Source: Betaproteobacteria bacterium (GTDB lineage Bacteria > Pseudomonadota > Gammaproteobacteria > Burkholderiales > SG8-39). Taken from it: a DNA stretch of 64,000 nt. This document shows, piece by piece, positions 52,339 through 61,922 of the stretch. The translations under genes were made by a program, and so were the position numbers. The stretch spans positions 29,198 to 93,197 of the forward strand of contig JADJPT010000007.1 in assembly GCA_016713125.1 (NCBI GenBank), in the 5' to 3' direction. How positions within the stretch are numbered: the first letter of the stretch is position 1; each line of letters starts with the position of its first letter. A model generated the notes under the pieces. It did no database searches. It was not told the DNA's origin and saw nothing but the letters and a program-made list of their open reading frames with translations.

Positions 52339-53235
52339 ATGGATTTCCACTTCTTCCTGATTCAGTTGATGAACGGCGTGCAGTACGGACTGCTGCTGTT
52401 CCTGCTGTCGGCCGGCCTCACGCTGGTGTTCGGCATCATGGGCATCATCAACATCGCCCACGGCAGCTTCTACATGATCGGCGCCTACCTGGCCTGGTCG
52501 CTGACCGGCAAGCTGGGCAGTTTCTGGCTCGCGCTGCCCGCGGGCATCGTGCTGACCGTGGCCCTGGGCATGCTGCTCGAGTGGCTGGTGATCAAACGCC
52601 TGTACCACCGCGACCTGCTCTACCAGGTGCTGGCCACCTACGGACTGATCCTGGTGTGCGAGGAGCTGCGCAGCGTGCTGTGGGGCGACGACGTGCGCGG
52701 CTTCAACATCCCGGAGGCGCTGAACCAGTCGATCCAGCTCTCCGAGACCCTTTCCTATCCGGTGTACCGGCTGTGGATTTCCGGTGTGTGCCTGGCCGTG
52801 GCCGTGCTGCTGTACTGGGTGATCCAGCACACCCGCCTGGGCATGAAGATCCGCGCCGGCGCCTCCAACCGCGAGATGGTGCAGTCGCTGGGCATCGACA
52901 TCCAGATCGTCTATCGCATCGTGTTCGCCGCCGGCGTCACGCTTGCCGCGCTGGCGGGCATGATCGCCGCGCCGGTGTCCTCGGTGTTCCCCGGCATGGG
53001 CAACCATGTGCTGATCATCTGTTTCGTGGTGGTGGTGATCGGCGGCCTGGGCTCGGTCAAGGGCGCACTGGTGGCCTCGGTGATGATCGGCCTGGTGGAT
53101 ACCTTCGGCAAGGTGCTGGAGTTCAGCGTCGGCGGGGTGCGCCTGCTGCCCGAGCTCTCGAGCATGACGGTGTACGTGCTGATGGCGGTGATCCTGCTGT
53201 GGAGGCCCGAGGGCCTGTTCGGGAAGAAGCTGTGA
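52339..53235 (+). CDS. branched-chain-amino-acid-type ABC transporter permease (LivH-like)
   Basis: 298 aa, polytopic. ...NIAHGSFYMIGAY... motif. Confidence 0.85.
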   Translation: MDFHFFLIQLMNGVQYGLLLFLLSAGLTLVFGIMGIINIAHGSFYMIGAYLAWSLTGKLGSFWLALPAGIVLTVALGMLLEWLVIKRLYHRDLLYQVLATYGLILVCEELRSVLWGDDVRGFNIPEALNQSIQLSETLSYPVYRLWISGVCLAVAVLLYWVIQHTRLGMKIRAGASNREMVQSLGIDIQIVYRIVFAAGVTLAALAGMIAAPVSSVFPGMGNHVLIICFVVVVIGGLGSVKGALVASVMIGLVDTFGKVLEFSVGGVRLLPELSSMTVYVLMAVILLWRPEGLFGKKL

Positions 53236-54236
53236 GCCGCGCGCGCCGCATCGAGTTCTTCGTGCTGCTGGCCGCGGTCGCCGCGCTGGTGGCGCTGCCG
53301 TTCTTCGCCGAGAAGTTCTACGTGCAGTTCTTTGCCAAGATCCTGATCATGGCCATCCTCGCCATGAGCCTGGACCTGCTGCTGGGCTACACCGGGCTGG
53401 TGTCGTTCGGCCACGCCGCCTTCTACGGGGTGGCGGCCTACGCGCTGGCCATGGTCACCCCGCAGTACCAGGCGGCCAATTTCTGGACCTCGTTCCCGCT
53501 TGCGCTTGCGGTCGCGGGACTGGCCGCGCTGGTGATCGGCTTCTTCGTGGTTAGGACGCACGGCATCTTTTTTATTATGGTCACGCTGGCCTTCGCGCAG
53601 ATGCTGTTCTTCGTGTTCCACGACACCAAGCTCGCCGGCGGCAACGACGGCATCTACATCGACGTGCGCCCGGTCGCGAAGATCGGCGACTGGCAGCCTT
53701 TCGACCTGGACAAGTTCACGCACGTCTACTATCTGGTGCTGGTCGCGTTCGTCATCGTCTACCTGTTCCTGCGCGTGCTGCTGGCCTCGCCGTTCGGCAA
53801 GGTGCTGGTGGGCATCAAGGCGAACGAGCACCGCATGAAATCGCTGGGTTACGCCACGTTCCGCTACAAGCTGGTGTGCTTCGTGATCGCCGGGGTGCTG
53901 GGCGGCCTGGCCGGCTACCTCTCGGCGATCCAGTTCGGGGTGGTGAATCCCGAGATGATGGGCTGGCACCTGTCGGGGGCGGTGATGATGATGGTGATCC
54001 TCGGCGGCATGGGCACCCTGGTGGGGCCGATTCTGGGCGCTGCGGTGTGGATGCTGATCGAGCTGTTCTTCCAGGGACTGCCGACGGTGGGCGAGATCAA
54101 CCTCGGCAAGCACTGGCATCTCTGGATGGGGCTTTTCATCGTGCTGGCCTCGCTGTTCCTGCCCAAGGGGCTGATCGGGCTGGGTGCGGCGCTGCTGCGG
54201 CGCGGGCAACGCAACAAGGCGGAAGGCGATGTCTGA
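53232..54236 (+). CDS. branched-chain-amino-acid-type ABC transporter permease (LivM-like)
   Basis: GTG at 53232 overlaps the upstream stop (GTGA). ...LDLLLGYTGLVSFGHAAFYGVAAY... Confidence 0.8.
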   Translation: MSRARRIEFFVLLAAVAALVALPFFAEKFYVQFFAKILIMAILAMSLDLLLGYTGLVSFGHAAFYGVAAYALAMVTPQYQAANFWTSFPLALAVAGLAALVIGFFVVRTHGIFFIMVTLAFAQMLFFVFHDTKLAGGNDGIYIDVRPVAKIGDWQPFDLDKFTHVYYLVLVAFVIVYLFLRVLLASPFGKVLVGIKANEHRMKSLGYATFRYKLVCFVIAGVLGGLAGYLSAIQFGVVNPEMMGWHLSGAVMMMVILGGMGTLVGPILGAAVWMLIELFFQGLPTVGEINLGKHWHLWMGLFIVLASLFLPKGLIGLGAALLRRGQRNKAEGDV

Positions 54237-54982
54237 GATCGTCCTGTCCACCTCGCAGCTGACCCGCCATTTCGGCGGCCTGGCGGCGGTCAACGGAGTG
54301 AACCTGGAAGCGCGCATGCACGAAGTGCACGCGGTGATCGGCACCAACGGCGCGGGCAAGTCGACGCTGATCAACCTGCTCTCCGGGCGAGCTGCCGCCC
54401 AGCAGCGGCACGGTGATGCTGGCCGGGCGCGACATCACCGGCCTGCAGGCGCACCAGATCTCGCGCCTGGGCGTGGGCCGCAGCTACCAGAAGACCAACG
54501 TGTTCCTCGGCTTCACGGCCTTCGAGAACTGCCGTCTCGCCGCGCAGGCGCGCATGGGCAGCTCGATGCGCTTCTTCCGGCCGGCCACGCGGCTCACCGA
54601 GGTGAACCGCACCGCCGAGGAGGCGCTGGTCGCGGCCGGGCTGGAAGGCCGCAGCGGGCGCATCGCCAGCGAGCTCTCGCACGGCGAGCAGCGCCAGCTG
54701 GAGATCGCCATGACCCTGGCCACGCGACCGCGCCTGCTGCTGCTCGACGAGCCGCTCGCCGGCATGGGCGCCGAGGAGTCCGCGGCGATGGTCGAACTGC
54801 TCAAGCGCCTGGTGAAATCGCACGCCATCCTGCTGGTCGAACACGACATGGATGCGGTGTTCGCGCTGGCCGACCAGCTGACCGTGATGGTCAACGGCCA
54901 GGTGCTCGACTCCGGTACGCCGGCGGAGATCCGCGCCAACGCACAGGTCCAGGAAGCCTACCTGGGGGAATCGCATGCATAG
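54229..54982 (+). pseudogene. ABC transporter ATP-binding protein (LivG-like), one frameshift as sequenced
   Basis: Walker A GTNGAGKSTLINLLSG, then a shift at the GGG run 54385-54387 into ELPPSSGTVMLAGRDITGL...LSHGEQRQLEIAM...LLLDEP. Confidence 0.75.
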
Positions 54983-55703
54983 CGAATCGAGCGCCGACCT
55001 GCTGATCGATGCGCGCGGCCTGCACACCTACTACGGCGCCAGCCACATCCTGCACGGCGTCGATTTCAGCATCCGGCGCGGCGAGGCGGTGGGCCTGATG
55101 GGCCGCAACGGCATGGGCAAGAGCACGCTGCTGAAGACCATGCTCGGCCTGGTGCGCGCGCGCTCCGGCAGCGTGCACGTGAAGGGCGAGGACGCGACCC
55201 GTGCCGCGCCGCACCGCATCGCCCGCGCCGGCATCGCCTACGTGCCCGAGGGGCGCGGCATCTTCCCGAACCTGTCGGTGCGCGAGAACCTGGTGATGGC
55301 CGCGCGCGCCGGCGTCGACGGCCGTCGCGAGTGGACCTACGAGCGCGTGCTGCAGACATTCCCGCGCCTGGGCGAGCGCATCGGCCACGGCGGCGGCCAG
55401 CTGTCCGGCGGCGAGCAGCAGATGCTGACCATCGGCCGCGCGCTGATGACCAATCCGGACCTGCTGATCCTCGACGAGGCGACCGAAGGCCTGGCGCCGC
55501 TGATCGCACGCGAGATCATGCGCATCGTTTCGCTGGTCAAGGAATCGGGCATTGCCACGGTCATCGTCGACAAGAACTTCGGTGCCGTGAATGCGATCAC
55601 CGACCGCAACGTGATCCTGGTCAAGGGCGAGGTCGTCCACGAAGGCGCCGCCGAGGACTTGCGCGGCCGACCCGAAGTGCACCTGCGCCACCTGGGTGTC
55701 TGA
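54975..55703 (+). CDS. ABC transporter ATP-binding protein (LivF-like)
   Basis: 242 aa. GRNGMGKSTLLK, LSGGEQQML, LLILDEATEGLAP. Confidence 0.85.
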   Translation: MHSESSADLLIDARGLHTYYGASHILHGVDFSIRRGEAVGLMGRNGMGKSTLLKTMLGLVRARSGSVHVKGEDATRAAPHRIARAGIAYVPEGRGIFPNLSVRENLVMAARAGVDGRREWTYERVLQTFPRLGERIGHGGGQLSGGEQQMLTIGRALMTNPDLLILDEATEGLAPLIAREIMRIVSLVKESGIATVIVDKNFGAVNAITDRNVILVKGEVVHEGAAEDLRGRPEVHLRHLGV

Positions 55704-55731
55704 GGGCGCGGTGTCCGGCGCATCCGCCGCG

Positions 55732-56390
55732 ATGCTGGAGGTGCGCGGCCTGGCCAAGTCCTTTGGCGCGCGCCGCCTGTTTGCCAACGTCGATCTGCGG
55801 CTCTCGGCCGGCGACTACCTGGCGGTGGTCGGCGATTCCGGCGTGGGCAAGTCGACCTTCCTGAACGCCATCGCCGGGCTGGAGCCCGTCGATGGCGGCG
55901 CATCGTCTTCGACGGCGCGCAGGTCACCGCGCTGGACGACGACGCGCTCACCCTGCTGAGGCGCGAGAAGTTCGGCTTCGTCTTTCAGGCTTTCCATGTT
56001 CTGCCGCACCTCTCGGTGCTGCAGAACGTCGGCCTGCCGCTGCTGCTGCGCGGCGTCGCGCAGGCCGAGGTCGAACAGCGTGCCGCGGCACGCCTGGCCG
56101 GCGTGGGGCTGGCCGGGCGCGAACACAGCCTGCCGCGCGAGCTCTCCGGCGGCGAGCTGCAGCGCGTGGCCATCGCGCGCGCCCTGGTCGGCGAGCCGCA
56201 ACTGGTGCTGGCCGATGAACCGACGGGCAACCTCGACCCGGACAATGCACGCCAGGTGCTGGCGCTGCTGCGTGCGCAGGTCAAGGAGCGCGGCGCCGCG
56301 GCCATCCTGGTCACGCACTCGGAAGCGGCGGCCGCCACCGCCGACCGCTGCCTGCGGCTCACCCAGGCCGGGCTGGTGCCTGCGGATTGA
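55732..56390 (+). pseudogene. orphan ABC ATPase (LolD/FtsE-like) without a cognate permease, one frameshift as sequenced
   Basis: MLEVRGLAKSF...[12 protein letters not shown] in frame 1. [15 protein letters not shown]...[15 protein letters not shown]...[10 protein letters not shown] in the -1 frame (break ~55897). Confidence 0.65.
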
Positions 56391-57901
56391 GCGTGGCGGC
56401 ATCCGCGTCCGGTGAGCTTCCGCACGGTGAGCGCGAACCGCGCCGGATCCTCGACAGCGTGCCTGCGCCGATCGCGCTGCTCGATCGGCAAGAGCGCTTT
56501 TGCTTCGTCAATCAGGCTTACGCCGACTCGTTGAGCCTGTCGCGCGCGGATTTCCTCGGCAGGGCGGTTTCCGAACTGGCCAGCGCCGAGCGCTACGCTC
56601 TGATCAAGCCGCACATCGAGCGCGTGCTGGCCGGCGAGGAGGTCGCCTTCACCGCGGAGATCGTCGGCCGGCCGGGGCTGCCCGCGCGCGTGTTCGAAAC
56701 CCGCTACCTGCCGGATCGCGATGAACGCGGTGCGGTGGTCGGCTGGTTCGCCGTGCATCGCGACGTCACCGAGCAGACCTCGCTCGAGCGCAGCCTGCGC
56801 CGACGCAGCCTGGAGCTGGCCACCGTGCTCGACAGCGTTCCGGCCATGGTGATGCGCGCCGACGGCGACGAACGCTTCACCTTCGCCAACCGCATGTTCG
56901 CGCGGGAGATCCTCGGCGTCTCCGCCGCGGACCTCATCGGTAGGCGGATCGCGGAAGTGGTGCCGCCCGAGATCCATGCCGCGATCCGGCCCTATATCGA
57001 ACGCGTGCTGCGCGGCGAGGAGACGGGTTTCGAGCGGCTGGAGCATCGACCCGGTCTGCCGGTCCGCCGCTTCGCCATCCGATACGTGCCGGACCGCGAC
57101 GCCTCCGGCGAGGTGGTCGGCTGGTTCGCCTTCGCCACCGACATCACGCAGGAGCGCCTGATGCAGGAGGCGCTGGAGCAGCGCGTGCGCGCGCGCACCG
57201 CGGAGCTCGAGGCCGCGTACCGCGAGCTGGAGACGTTTTCCTACTCCGTGTCGCACGACCTGAAGACCCCGCTGCGCGCCATCGAAGGCTTCGCCAGCCT
57301 GGTGGGCATGGACGAAGGCAGCACGCTGAGCCAGACCAGCCGGGCGCGCATCGAGCGCATCACCGCCAACGCGCGGCACATGGGGCGGCTGATCGAGGGC
57401 CTGCTCGAGTTCTCGCGCCTTTCGCGCCGCGAGATGCAGCGCAGGCGCATCGACATGCGCGAACTGGCCGAGCGGGTGATCGCCGACTTGCGCGGTGTCA
57501 GCGCTACCGCCTTCGAGTCCGAGATCGGCGAGTTGCCGGCTTGCGAGGGCGACGCCGTGCTGCTGCGCCAGGTGCTGCAGAACCTGGTGTCGAACGCGAT
57601 CAAGTACTCCTCCGAGCGGGCCGCGCCGCGCATCGAGATCGGCGCACGGCGCGGCGAGTCCGGCGTGGTCTGGTTCGTGCGCGACAACGGCGTGGGCTTC
57701 GACATGCGTTACGCCGACAAGCTGTTCGGCGTGTTCGAGCGCCTGCACACGCCGGGCCGCTTCGAAGGCACCGGCATCGGCCTGGCGCTGGCGCGGCGCA
57801 TCGTCGAGCGCCACGGCGGCCGCATCTGGGCCGAAAGCGCGCCGGAGGCGGGTGCGACGTTCTACTTTTCGCTGGGCGCAGGGAGCGCGGACGCGCGATA
57901 G
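56387..57901 (+). CDS. PAS-PAS sensor histidine kinase (cytoplasmic, no adjacent response regulator)
   Basis: TTG start overlapping the upstream stop (TTGA). Two PAS modules. His[18 protein letters not shown]. HATPase [24 protein letters not shown]. Confidence 0.8.
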   Translation: MSVAASASGELPHGEREPRRILDSVPAPIALLDRQERFCFVNQAYADSLSLSRADFLGRAVSELASAERYALIKPHIERVLAGEEVAFTAEIVGRPGLPARVFETRYLPDRDERGAVVGWFAVHRDVTEQTSLERSLRRRSLELATVLDSVPAMVMRADGDERFTFANRMFAREILGVSAADLIGRRIAEVVPPEIHAAIRPYIERVLRGEETGFERLEHRPGLPVRRFAIRYVPDRDASGEVVGWFAFATDITQERLMQEALEQRVRARTAELEAAYRELETFSYSVSHDLKTPLRAIEGFASLVGMDEGSTLSQTSRARIERITANARHMGRLIEGLLEFSRLSRREMQRRRIDMRELAERVIADLRGVSATAFESEIGELPACEGDAVLLRQVLQNLVSNAIKYSSERAAPRIEIGARRGESGVVWFVRDNGVGFDMRYADKLFGVFERLHTPGRFEGTGIGLALARRIVERHGGRIWAESAPEAGATFYFSLGAGSADAR

Positions 57902-57913
57902 TCCGGCGCTGGC

Positions 57914-57987
57914 GGCGGTCGGGCGGCAGTCGGGCTGCGGTCCGGCTGCAGTCCGGCAATCCGGCAATTGTCTGGCAGAATTGCCGG
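57914..57987. repeat. 11-bp-periodic heptad array (GTCSGGC x4-5) followed by a 9-bp-stem hairpin, upstream of the RLP gene
   Basis: ggcgGTCGGGC ggcaGTCGGGC tgcgGTCCGGC tgcaGTCCGGC aaTCCGGC (57914-57965). Then CCGGCAATT-GTCTGGCAG-AATTGCCGG (57961-57987). Confidence 0.7.
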
Positions 57988-58066
57988 CCTGCGAGCCGGT
58001 GCGACCCCGCTCGACCTCTATCGCCAGACGATCCCCGATCCCCATCACTCGAGCCTGCCTCCCTCC

Positions 58067-59221
58067 ATGACCGAACCCCTGCGCAGCGGCCTGACCGGTC
58101 GGCGTTTCCCCGTCCGCTACCGCGTGCGTGCGGCGACGCCGGAACAGGCGCGCGAAGCCGCCGCCGCGCTGGCGCTGGAGCAGAGCGTGGAAGTGCCGCT
58201 GGACGCGGTGTTCGACGCGGCGGTGCGCGAGCACATCGTCGGACAGGTGCTCGACGTGCAGCCGGACGGCGAGGGCGCGTTCGAGGTGCGCATCGCGCTG
58301 GCCGTCGACACTCTCGGCGACGACGTCGCGCAAACCCTGAACATGCTGTTCGGCAACAGCTCGCTGCTCGATGCGGTCGAGCTGCTCGGCGCCGAGTTGC
58401 CGGATTCCGTGCTGCGCGCCTGCGGCGGGCCGCGCTTCGGCATCGAGGGCCTGCGCAGGCTGTGCGGCGTGCAGGGACGGCCGCTGACCTGCGCGGCGCT
58501 CAAGCCGCAGGGGCTGCCGCCCGAAGACCTGGCGCGCCTGTGCCATGTGTTCGCCGCCGGCGGTGTCGACATCATCAAGGACGACCATGGCATCGCCGAC
58601 CAGTCGTACTCGCCTTTCCTGGCGCGCGTGCGGGCCTGCCAGCGCGCCATCCGGCAGGCCGCGGCGGAAACCGGGCGTGCGGCGCTGTACGCGCCCAGCC
58701 TGGTGGGATCACCCAGGGCGCTCCGTGAACAGGCGCGCATCCTGCAGGACGAAGGCGTGGGTGCGGCGCTGGTGGCACCGGCGCTGGTCGGCATGCCGGT
58801 GTTCCACGAACTGGTGGCCGAGCACCTGCGCGTACCGGTGCTCGCGCATCCGGCCTATGCCGGCGCCGCGCGCGTCGCGCCGCCGTTCCTGCTCGGCAGG
58901 CTGTTCCGGCTGCTGGGCGCCGACGCGGTGATCTACCCGCATTTCGGCGGCCGCTTCGCGTACTCCGAGGCCGTCTGCAAGGCCATCGCCGCGCAGGCGC
59001 GCGAAACCTGGCCGGGAGTGCGCGGCAGCCTGCCGGTGCCGGCGGGCGGCATGCACGTGGGGCGCGTGCCCGAACTGGTCGGGTTCTACGGCATGGACGC
59101 CATGCTGCTGATCGGCGGCTCGCTGCTGCGCGCCGGCGCCGACCTGCCGCAGCGCACGCGCGAGTTCGTGCAGGCGGTGGCCGCCGCGGCCGAAACGCAG
59201 GCGAAGCGGGCGGCGGCATGA
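58067..59221 (+). CDS. RuBisCO-like protein (form IV RLP)
   Basis: 384 aa. RuBisCO large-subunit barrel motifs in RLP form: [39 protein letters not shown]. Confidence 0.8.
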   Translation: MTEPLRSGLTGRRFPVRYRVRAATPEQAREAAAALALEQSVEVPLDAVFDAAVREHIVGQVLDVQPDGEGAFEVRIALAVDTLGDDVAQTLNMLFGNSSLLDAVELLGAELPDSVLRACGGPRFGIEGLRRLCGVQGRPLTCAALKPQGLPPEDLARLCHVFAAGGVDIIKDDHGIADQSYSPFLARVRACQRAIRQAAAETGRAALYAPSLVGSPRALREQARILQDEGVGAALVAPALVGMPVFHELVAEHLRVPVLAHPAYAGAARVAPPFLLGRLFRLLGADAVIYPHFGGRFAYSEAVCKAIAAQARETWPGVRGSLPVPAGGMHVGRVPELVGFYGMDAMLLIGGSLLRAGADLPQRTREFVQAVAAAAETQAKRAAA

Positions 59222-59670
59222 AGACCAAGGCCGTGCGTCCCTTCTCGGGCGATTTCCGCTGGCAGGACGTCGAACTGCTCCGCTACAAGGACGCGGGCGC
59301 CGCACCGTTCAAGGACGTCACGCGCCAGGTGCTGTTCGAGGACCCGGCCATCGCCGCGCAGCTGCGTTACTTCGAAGTCAGTCCCGGCGGCTACTCGACG
59401 CTCGAGCGCCACCAGCACGCGCACGCGGTGCTGATCCTGCGCGGCCGCGGTCGCGTTCTGGTGGGCGAGGAGGTGCTGTCGGTGGAGACCAACGACCTGG
59501 TCAGCATCCCCGGCATGTGCTGGCACCAGTTCCGCCCCGCGGCGGGCGAGCCTCTGGGGTTCCTGTGCATGGTGAATGCCGAGCGCGACAAGCCGCAATT
59601 GCCGGGTGAGGCCGACCTGGCCGGGTTGCGGCGCGATCCGCGCATCGCGGCTTTTCTCGACGGCCAGTGA
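59218..59670 (+). CDS. cupin-domain protein translationally coupled to the RLP
   Basis: ATGA overlap with the RLP stop. 150 aa. Cupin motifs LERHQHAHAVLILRGRG and VSIPGMCWHQF. Confidence 0.75.
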   Translation: MKTKAVRPFSGDFRWQDVELLRYKDAGAAPFKDVTRQVLFEDPAIAAQLRYFEVSPGGYSTLERHQHAHAVLILRGRGRVLVGEEVLSVETNDLVSIPGMCWHQFRPAAGEPLGFLCMVNAERDKPQLPGEADLAGLRRDPRIAAFLDGQ

Positions 59671-59697
59671 TCGGGAGCCCGGGGCTTCGCCTGAAAG

Positions 59698-59770
59698 TCG
59701 AACTTTACTTTCTCGAACTCCGCTCCTGGAGCGGAGTTCAGGGAAGTTGGCTTGCCGGATCAGGCAAGCC
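59698..59770. repeat. REP-like extragenic palindromic element, copy 2, plus a second hairpin
   Basis: TCGAACTTT / TTTCTCGAACT direct repeats. A 25-nt perfect palindrome GAACTCCGCTCC-T-GGAGCGGAGTTC (59715-59739) shares a 16-nt core with 976-991. GGCTTGCC-GGATCA-GGCAAGCC (59749-59770) lies 18 nt past the downstream gene's stop. Confidence 0.6.
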
Positions 59771-59787
59771 ATACGGTGTGAAGCGCT

Positions 59788-60597
59788 TCAGCCCCCGCCC
59801 GGATACCAGGCCGCCGCGCGCTTCTCCCTGAACGAGGCCAGGCCCTCGGCGGCCTCTGCGGACTGACGCTTCTGCGCATGCTGCAGCACCAGGCGCTCGA
59901 AGGCGGCCTCGCCCGCTTCGCCGGCGAAACCGCCCCAGGCGAACTCGAGTGCGAGCTGCTTGGTCTGCGCGTTGGCCTCGGGCGCGTTCTGCAGCAGCGC
60001 CCCGACCACGCGCGCACCGGCGTCTTCGAGCTCCGCGGCAGGCACCACTTCATGCACCAGGCCGATGCGTCGCGCCTCGGCGGCGTCGAAGCGCTCGCCG
60101 GTCTGCGCATAGCGGCGCACCTGGCGCGCACCGATGGCGTCGGCCAGCTGCGGCAGGATGATGCCGGCCATCAGGCCCCAGCGGGTCTCGGCGATCGAGA
60201 ACTGGGCGTCTTCGGCGGCGATCACCACGTCGCAGGCCGCGGCGATGCCGGTGCCGCCGCCGAAGCAGCCGCCCTGCACCAGGGCCACGGTGGGCAGGGG
60301 CAGGGTGTTCAGCCTGCGCACCGCGAGCGCGGTGATGCGCGAGGCGTGCAGGTTCTCTTCGGCGGTGCCGCCGGCCACCGCGTTCAGCCAGCGCAGGTCG
60401 GCGCCGGCCTGGAAGTGGCGGCCGCGGCCGCGCAGCACCACCACGCGCAGGCCGGGCTCGCCGCCCAGCGCGTCCATCGCGGCGAGCAGGCCTTCGATGG
60501 TTTCGGCGTTGTAGGCGTTGTTCACTTCGGGGCGGTTCAGCGTGACATCGGCCACGCCGCGCGCATCCATGCTCCACAGCACGGCGGGTTCGCTCAT
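59788..60597 (-). CDS. enoyl-CoA hydratase (methylglutaconyl-CoA hydratase-like crotonase)
   Basis: ATG at 60597 (MSEPAVLWSMDARGVADVTLNRPEVNNAY...FQAGADL...VQGGCFGGGTGIAAACD). 269 aa. Confidence 0.75.
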   Translation of the reverse strand: MSEPAVLWSMDARGVADVTLNRPEVNNAYNAETIEGLLAAMDALGGEPGLRVVVLRGRGRHFQAGADLRWLNAVAGGTAEENLHASRITALAVRRLNTLPLPTVALVQGGCFGGGTGIAAACDVVIAAEDAQFSIAETRWGLMAGIILPQLADAIGARQVRRYAQTGERFDAAEARRIGLVHEVVPAAELEDAGARVVGALLQNAPEANAQTKQLALEFAWGGFAGEAGEAAFERLVLQHAQKRQSAEAAEGLASFREKRAAAWYPGGG

Positions 60598-60626
60598 CCG
60601 GTTCTCCTGATTGTCCTGTGCACGAT

Positions 60627-61922
60627 TCAGCGCTTGAAAAGCCTGCGCGCCGGGAAGGGCTGGGCCTGCGAACCCAGCGCCTCCTCGATGCGCAGGCCCT
60701 CGTTCCATTTCGCCATGCGTTCGGAGCGCGAGAAGCTGCCGACCTTGAGCTCCGGCACGCCCCAGCCAACCGCCAGGTGCACGATGCTGACGTCCTCGGA
60801 TTCGCCCGAGCGCGCCGAGACGATGGCGCCGTAGCCGGCCTGGCGCGCGGCCTCGACCGCGGCCCGGGTTTCGCTCACCGTGCCGATCTGGTTGGGCTTG
60901 ATCAGCACCGTGTTGCAGGCGCCGGCCGCGGCGGCCCGCGCGATGCGCTTCGCGTCGGTGCAGAAGTAGTCGTCGCCCACCACCTGGATGCGCGCACGCA
61001 CGCGCTGCGTGAAGGCGCGCCTGGCTTCGTGGTCGTCCTCGGCGAACGGGTCCTCGATCGAGACGATGGGATAGGCGTCCACCCAGCGCTCGAGCATGGC
61101 GCCGAACTGCCCGGCCGTGAGCGTGCGGTTCTCCAGCGCCAGCGCGTAGCGGTCCGAGCCGGGCTGGCGCAGTTGCGTGGCGGCGATGTCCAGCGCGATG
61201 GCCACGTCGGCGCCCGGCGCGAAACCCGCGTCCTCGATCGAGTGCACCAGTTCGGCCAGGCCTTCCTCGTTGGACTTGAACGAGGGCCAGTAGCCGCCTT
61301 CGTCGGCCACGCCCTGCAGCTGGCCCTTCTTCGCCAGGCGCGCGCCGGCGGCGTAGTACACCTCGGCGGTCCATTCCAGCGCTTCGGCGAAGCTGCCTGC
61401 ACCGGGGCACACGACCAGGTAGTCCTGCAGGTCGACGCGACCTCGCGCGTGTGCGCCGCCGCCATAGATCTGGATTTCGGGTACCGGCAGCGCGACGCGG
61501 CGCTCGCCGGCCAGGTGCTTCCACAACGGCACGCCGGCCGAGGCGGCGGCGGCGTGCAGGCAGGCCAGCGACACGGCGACGATGGCGTTGCCGCCCAGGC
61601 GCGACTTGTCCGGCGTGCCGTCGAGTTCCACCAGCGCCGCGTCCAGCGTCGACTGCGCCGCGCCATCCATGCCGCGCAGGCGCGCGGCGATGGCACCGTT
61701 CACGGCCTCGACCGCGCGCCCGACGTCCATGCCGCGCAGCGGCGTGCCGCCGTCGCGCAGATCGCGCGCCTCTCCGGCGCAGGTGGAGGCGCCGGCAGGC
61801 GCGATGGCGCTGCCCATCGCGCCATCCTCCCGCACCACTTCGGCCTCGACGGTGGGGCGGCCGCGCGAATCCCAGACGCGGCGGCCGCGCAGCGTGCGTA
61901 TTGCCGAGCCGGTTGCGTTCAT
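60627..61922 (-). CDS. divergent enolase-family paralogue
   Basis: ATG at 61922, overlapping the upstream stop (ATGA). 431 aa. Enolase metal/catalytic pattern retained (ADEGGYWP, ALDIAAT, SIEDPF, VGDDY, IKPNQIGT, ELKVGSFSRSERMAKWNE). Signature deviations: AGASTC for SGASTG and SARSGESED for SHRSGETED. Confidence 0.7.
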   Translation of the reverse strand: MNATGSAIRTLRGRRVWDSRGRPTVEAEVVREDGAMGSAIAPAGASTCAGEARDLRDGGTPLRGMDVGRAVEAVNGAIAARLRGMDGAAQSTLDAALVELDGTPDKSRLGGNAIVAVSLACLHAAAASAGVPLWKHLAGERRVALPVPEIQIYGGGAHARGRVDLQDYLVVCPGAGSFAEALEWTAEVYYAAGARLAKKGQLQGVADEGGYWPSFKSNEEGLAELVHSIEDAGFAPGADVAIALDIAATQLRQPGSDRYALALENRTLTAGQFGAMLERWVDAYPIVSIEDPFAEDDHEARRAFTQRVRARIQVVGDDYFCTDAKRIARAAAAGACNTVLIKPNQIGTVSETRAAVEAARQAGYGAIVSARSGESEDVSIVHLAVGWGVPELKVGSFSRSERMAKWNEGLRIEEALGSQAQPFPARRLFKR

